A stretch of 64,000 bases of DNA from Cyanophora paradoxa CCMP329. Its lineage: Eukaryota > Plantae > Glaucophyta. The position numbers and the translations under genes are program-made. Shown in pieces: positions 58,493-64,000 of the stretch (the first letter of the stretch is position 1; each line of letters opens with the position of its first letter). The notes under the pieces are model-generated. The model was not told the origin of the DNA. It did no database searches and worked only from the letters and a program-made list of their open reading frames with translations. The stretch lies in assembly GCA_004431415.1 (NCBI GenBank), contig QPMI01000614.1, positions 1-64,000 on the forward strand, read 5' to 3'.

Positions 58493-61400
58493 CTACTGCA
58501 TGGCGGCCTCTGCGGGCCCGGGGGGTGGGGTGGAGGAGGCGGGAGGGGCGCCGCCGGGGCCGAGCTGGCGCGTGTAGGATTCGAAGCGGGCGAGTTCGTG
58601 CGGGGAGACGGTGCGGGGGCAGCGGACGAGGGCCGCCTCGAAGTCCTCGAGGGCCACCATCCGCGGCGGCACCACGTGGCCCCGCTGCAGCTCCTGCCGC
58701 CCCGCCACCCGCGACGATGAGCGGCGAACGGCAGCGCGCGGGGCGCCCGCACGAGGAGGGAGATGCGGAGGGCCGTGGGGTCGGTGGGCGGGCAAGGAAT
58801 GGCCACCTGCCGCAGCCCCTCCGGCGTCTGCACCTCGATCTGCGCGGGAGGTCGCACGCGGGCGGGGCGGGGCGGCCCGGGCGGGCGGGGCGGGCGCACG
58901 GGCTTGAAGTGGGTGGCGGCGAGGAGGTCGCGGACGGGCTCCATGAGGGCGTCCCGCGCCACGCACTCGAGGTCCGAGCCGCTGTACCCCGCGCACCGGT
59001 CCGCGAGGCGCAGGAACTCCTCCTCGCCGAGCGCGCACGGCGTCTCCCCCACCTGCAGCTGCCCCCCCCGCCTCGGTCCCAGCGCCGCCCAGCCCTGACC
59101 CCGCGCCGACGGACCTGGAGCATACGCGCGCGCGCGGCGCGGTCCGGCAGGGGCACGTAGATGCTGCGCTCGAATCTGCGGGGAGTTGGGCGTCAGGGTG
59201 GAGGTGGGGGAGGGGCGGGGGCGGGGCGGGCCGGCGGCGGAAGGCGGAGTCGAGCTGCCAGGGGATGTTCGTGGCGGCGAGCAGGACCACCCCCTCGTTG
59301 TCGCTCCCCAGCCCTGCCCGCCCCTCAGCGCCCATCCCGGCCACCAGCACGTGCGCAGGCGGGCGTGCCCTGGATCTGGACGAGGAACTCTGCATGCGGG
59401 GGCGGCGTGAGGGCGCGGGAGGGCGGGGAGGGCGGCGCGGGCACCATTCTTGAGGCGGCGGGATGCCTCGTGCTCGGCCTCCTGCGGCTGCGGGTGAGGG
59501 CGGCGGGGCGGCGGGGCGAGCGCGGGGAGCGGGTGCGGGCCTGGCGGGTGCGGAAGAGGGCGTCGGCGTCGTCGAGGAAGATGACCGCCGGGCGCCGCTC
59601 CCGCGCCATCGCGAACAGCGACCGCACGAGCCTGCCGGCCCCGCCTCGCCCCCGGCACGGCGCGGCGGGGGGCGGGGCGGGGCGGGGCCGCACTTCTCGG
59701 ACTCGCCGTACCAGCGGGAGAGGAGGTCCGCCGAGCTCACCGAGAAGAACGTGCCCCCCTGCGGCCGCCTGAGCGGCGGCGGGGGCGGCGGCACGGGGGG
59801 CGCGCCTCGAGGGCCCCGGCGGCAGCCTTCGCGAGCATGGTCTTCCCCGTGCCCGGCGGCTGCGGCGCCGCCTGAGGGGCCGCGGCGCGGGCGAGGGCGC
59901 GGGGCGGGCGCACGCCGTAGAGGAGGATGCGAGAGCACGGGCGGCGGTTGCCCGTGAAGAGCTGCGCCCCGCGTCGGGAAGGGGCGGGGCCGATGCGGGC
60001 GGGGCGGGGCACGTGGGGGAAGCGGAGCGGGAGGAGGACGGCCTCGAAGAGGGCCTGTTTGGCGTCCCGCAGGCCCACGATTTCACTCCAGCGCACCCCC
60101 GGCGCCTCTGTGATCACCGCACCTGCCCCGCAGCCGCTGGCGGTGAGCCCCCGCAGGTGGCTGGGCACGGCTCGCAGCGGCGCACCCTCGAGGGCCTCCC
60201 GAAGCTGTGCGTTGTACTCGCCACCCTCCGACCCCCCCGGCGCCTTCTTCGGCGCCCCCCGCCTCGCCGGCGGCGGCGCGCCGCCCCTGCACCGCCCCGC
60301 CTCGCACCGGCAGGAAGGTGGGAAGGGGGGCTGGAGCACCTCTTGGGCGCGGCGGGGGCGGGCTTGCGGAGAGAGGCGGCCCACGCATCCCCCTCGAAGT
60401 CCTCGTACCCCGGCCCCCCCGGGGGCTGCGTTGGGGCGTGCGCTCCCGGAGTCCGGTGCCCGTGCGGCACCGGCGCCGAGTAGGAACGCCGCAGCGGGCC
60501 CGCTGGCCGCGACGGCGCCGACGGTGGCGCGCGTGCGGCCGGGGCTGGCGATGGTGCGCGCGGCGCCGGAGACGGGGCGCGGAAGGCCGGGGTCTGGGTC
60601 TGGGCGGGCCGTGGGGGCGGCGGCGGGCCGTCGGCGGTCTTCCGGCGGGCCTCGACGCGGGAGATCGCGGCGCGCAGGGCCGCTCGCGCCCTGCCGTGGC
60701 GCGTGAGGGCGCGGGGGGGCGCAGGGCGGGAGGGCGGGGCAGGCGTGCCGCTCGGGCTCCTGAAGGCGGGCCCCCTCGAAGCGGGCCACCGTCACCTCCC
60801 GCCGCCTGCCGCCCCGCCGTGAGTCTCTGCGTTCATCCCGTGGCGGGACATGGGCCGCGAGGCGCACGTGTCGCCCATCATCGGCTCGTCCGCGTAGCTG
60901 GGGAGCGGGGGCGGCAGGGGCGCCGGGCGGCTGCGCAAGTGGGAATCGGCGGGGGCCGGGGCCGCGGAGGGCGGGGCGCACGGGGCGGTGTCGGGAGGAA
61001 AGCCGGTGGGCCAGCCGGCGTCTGCGAGGGCCACCATCTCCCGCACGGTGGCCGCCCCCGGCGGGCCCGCCGCGTACCTGCCGCGCCCCGGGTGACTCTC
61101 CTGTGCTGGCGGGCCGGGGCAGGGGGCCGGACGCACCCGACGCCCGGCTGGGCGAGGTATTGCTCCATTTTGGCGGCGAGGGCGCCCATCGCAGCCGCGC
61201 GGTGCGCCACGTCCGTGTGTGCAGGCGAGGCCCGCCGCACGCCCACCGACCCGGGCCCAGCATGCCCGCCGGGACTCGACCGTCGCGTCCCGGGCCCCGA
61301 CGAAGGCACGGAGCCGACCAGCCCGGGCGTTGCGGGGGCCGGCGCGGGCGGGAGATCGTGGGCGGCGAAAGGCAGCGCGAGGCCGCCGGGGGCGCGGAGG

Positions 61401-64000
61401 GGCGAGGCGGACGGCGGGGCGTCCTGAGTTGGGGCGGAGCCCGGAGCGTGGGAATGCCCCGGAACGGGGACCGGTCGTTGCCGGGCGGCGGGGGCGGGGG
61501 CGGGCTGCGGCACGGAGGAGGCTGCGAGAAGAGCAGAGGCGCGCTGCTCGGCGGTCGCCTCGTCGAAGGGACGACCTGCGGGGGAGATCGGGCGGGGCCG
61601 GCCGGGGCCTCAGGCCGAGCGACGGACCGGCGAGGAGGGCGAGGGAATGGTCCCAGCCGAGGGAGGCGGAGAGGACGGGCATGCCGTGGAGCACGCCGAC
61701 CTGGCGCGGCTCGCAGAGCGGGGCCGCCGGCCACGCTGCGCCACGTTAGCACCTGCTTTCGCCCCTGATCCCCACGGTTCTTACCCGGGTGTCCCAGCTG
61801 GCCCCGCGAGTTCGAACCGAACGTATACAGCCGCCCCGCCTCTGCCGGCCGCCTGAGGCCCGCCGAGCGCTCGGCGAAAGGCGGCGGGTACCCGTGAGGA
61901 CGGCGGAGTGGCGGAGGCCGGCCTGCACGGAGGCCGCCGCGTCCCCTGGCCGCAGGGGCACCTTCACCGGCGTCTGCGGCGGGCTCTGTCGGGCGCCGGG
62001 CGCCGGGCGGAGCGGGCCACAGGGCGCACCGGCCCCGCGCGGGAGAGGAGATCGCCAGCGCCGAGCTGGCCCTCAGAGCCACGTCCGAAAGCGAGCACTT
62101 GCCCGTTCGCTGCACAAGGCGTCGGTGTGATCGGACAGCGAGGCCGGGGAGGAATGCGAGCGGCAGGGCGCACCGGCGAGGCAGAGGGTGTGGAATCCGC
62201 CGGCTGGCCCCGAGGTCGGTGAGGCGTGCGGACAGACGGGGAGCTCAGCGTGGGGGCGCGGACCGGCGGCGGAGCGGATTGGGAGGCCCTCGAGGGCGGC
62301 GACGCGGCGTGGCACCCACTCGCCCTCCAGCGCCCCGTGGCCCAGCTGCCCATACGCGCCCCACCTGCCGCACGCGCTCAGTCATGGGCGCCGGGGGGAG
62401 GGGAGGCAGGCGGGCCCGAAGGTGTATAGGTCGCCGCGGGAGGTGACGCATGCCGTGTGGAACGCCCCGCACGAGACCTCCACCACGGCTCCCGCCCCGT
62501 CCCCCGCCGGCAGCCCCACCTGCCGCCCACGTCAGCCGTGCATCCAAGGGATGCGCGCGGTACGGGGCACCAGGGCCGGCGTAGACGAGTCGCGGGCCTC
62601 GCGGCCGCGGCCGGTGCAGCCGAGCGGCCCGCTGCCCCAGCAGAAGAGTCGCCCGCCTTCGGTCACGGCCGCCGAGTGGTAGCCCCCACAGGCGACGGAT
62701 AGCACGCGTTCGCCTCCGAAGCCCTCGACCCGCCGTGGCGCCGGTGCCTGCTCCTGGCGTCAGGGGCGGCGGCGGAGCGAGTGGCGCACGTTGCGCACGC
62801 GGCGCTCGTCGCCGATGCCAAGCTGCCCGAACGCGCCGTACCCCATCGCGAAGACCGCCCCGCCCTCTGCGCGGCGCGTTGGCGACCGGAAGCGGCGACG
62901 GGGGTTCAGCACGACGCACCGGAGAGGATGAGGGTGTGCGACCAGCCGAAGGCGACCTGGCGGGCGGCTGAGGACGGCGGGGCGGGCTCGCGGTGGCGGC
63001 GGACCTGGCGAACAGAAAGGCGCTCCAGGGAGGCCACGGGCCGCGGCACGGGTTGCTTCAGGTTCGTCTCGTGCCTGCTCAACCCGCGTCGAATCGCAGC
63101 GGTGGGCTCCAGGGCGCTCGCGAGCGCACCCGATGCGGCCGTACTTGCCGGAGCCCCAGGTGAGGAGGGAGCCGTCCCCTGCGGCGCGTGAGGGACGAGG
63201 GGAGAGGCAGGTCGTGAGTAGAGCACCGGCGATGGCGGCGGAGTGGTTCCAGCCGCAGAAGACGGCGCGGAGGGGCCCCGCGGCCTCGTCGAGCGCCGCC
63301 AGTGCGGGGAAGCTGCGGTCGGCCTCGTCCCCCGTCCCCAGCTGGTGGTGCTTACCCGCACCCCACGCCACCACCTGCCCGCCCCCCGCCCGCGTCCCGC
63401 GCACAGCCGGCAGCGGCGCCTCGTCGGGCCGGTGCGGGATCTCCGGCCCGGAGCTCTCGCGGCGGGGGGACTCCCGCTGGCCCCGCTGTGGCGCGCGGTG
63501 CTCATCCTCGAAGCGATCCTGCGGCGGCCAGGCCGGCTCCTCGCGATCACTGGCCGCCGGCGGCCGGCGCGGGGCGCCGCCGCCGCGCGTGGGGGAGACG
63601 CCGCGGTGCACGTCGGCATCGTGGGGGAGGCGGTACGCGGAGGCCGAGGCGCCTGAGCCTGGGTGATCCTCTCCCGCCCCCGCCGGGCCCCGGGCGCGCC
63701 AGAGATCCGTCGTGTCGATCAGCAGCACGCCCTTCCCCGTGTCCGTGACGTCCCCGAGCTGCGACCGCGTGGGCAGCCGCCCCTCGGGGGCAGCGGGGCG
63801 CGGGGGTCACCCGTGTAGTGGCCTTAGCAACGTTCTGCTCGTACGCGGCCGCGGGCAGCGGTTCACCGTTCCGGGGCGTCCCGTGCGCGTGGCGGAAAGC
63901 GTCGGCGAACTCGACGTGGCCGAGGTCCACGACGACCGCCTGAGAGCGATCGGTTGTCTGTGGGTAAAGAAAGCTCAGATAATGACTCACTTGGCTGTAG
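58493..64000 (-). CDS. RCC1-repeat plus VPS4-like AAA+ ATPase fusion protein (5' end outside window)
   Basis: RCC1 blades ([55 protein letters not shown]), a Pro/Ala linker, then [55 protein letters not shown], a beta-domain and the VPS4-type C-terminal helix. Confidence 0.82.

Overview
Gene-dense, very GC-rich eukaryotic nuclear DNA, not prokaryotic. It holds about 23 protein-coding genes split by many short (about 50-120 nt) spliceosomal introns, many with GC donors and C-rich bodies. Most long ORFs in the supplied track are GC artefacts or exon/intron read-throughs. Phe-near-the-N-terminus transit-peptide-like starts (MPAF, MAGF, MPARAGF) plus a cilia-associated gene (IQCH) suggest a flagellated alga, possibly a glaucophyte such as Cyanophora; this is inference only. 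From 8.7 kb onward the genes are mostly head-to-head pairs: RBM8A, an alpha/beta hydrolase, CCDC82/DUF4211, a P-loop kinase, two F-box genes, an MFS transporter, CCZ1, GPI8, COQ3, an ATM1-like ABC transporter, IQCH, an EB1-like gene, an ARM protein, NDUFA13 and a MORN protein. Standouts: (1) an intron-rich, bacterial-type PIN-PhoH (PhoH2) gene with a plastid-like transit peptide; (2) an RCC1-repeat/VPS4-like AAA ATPase fusion with a DD Walker B; (3) an intronless, virus-like cassette with a YqaJ exonuclease next to a 151-bp tandem array at the left end; (4) a GWG/FG-repeat protein with an SSB-like acidic C-terminal tail; (5) a duplicated promoter plus first exon of the EB1-like gene. Gene models were spliced by eye, so boundaries are approximate. 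No database searches were run.
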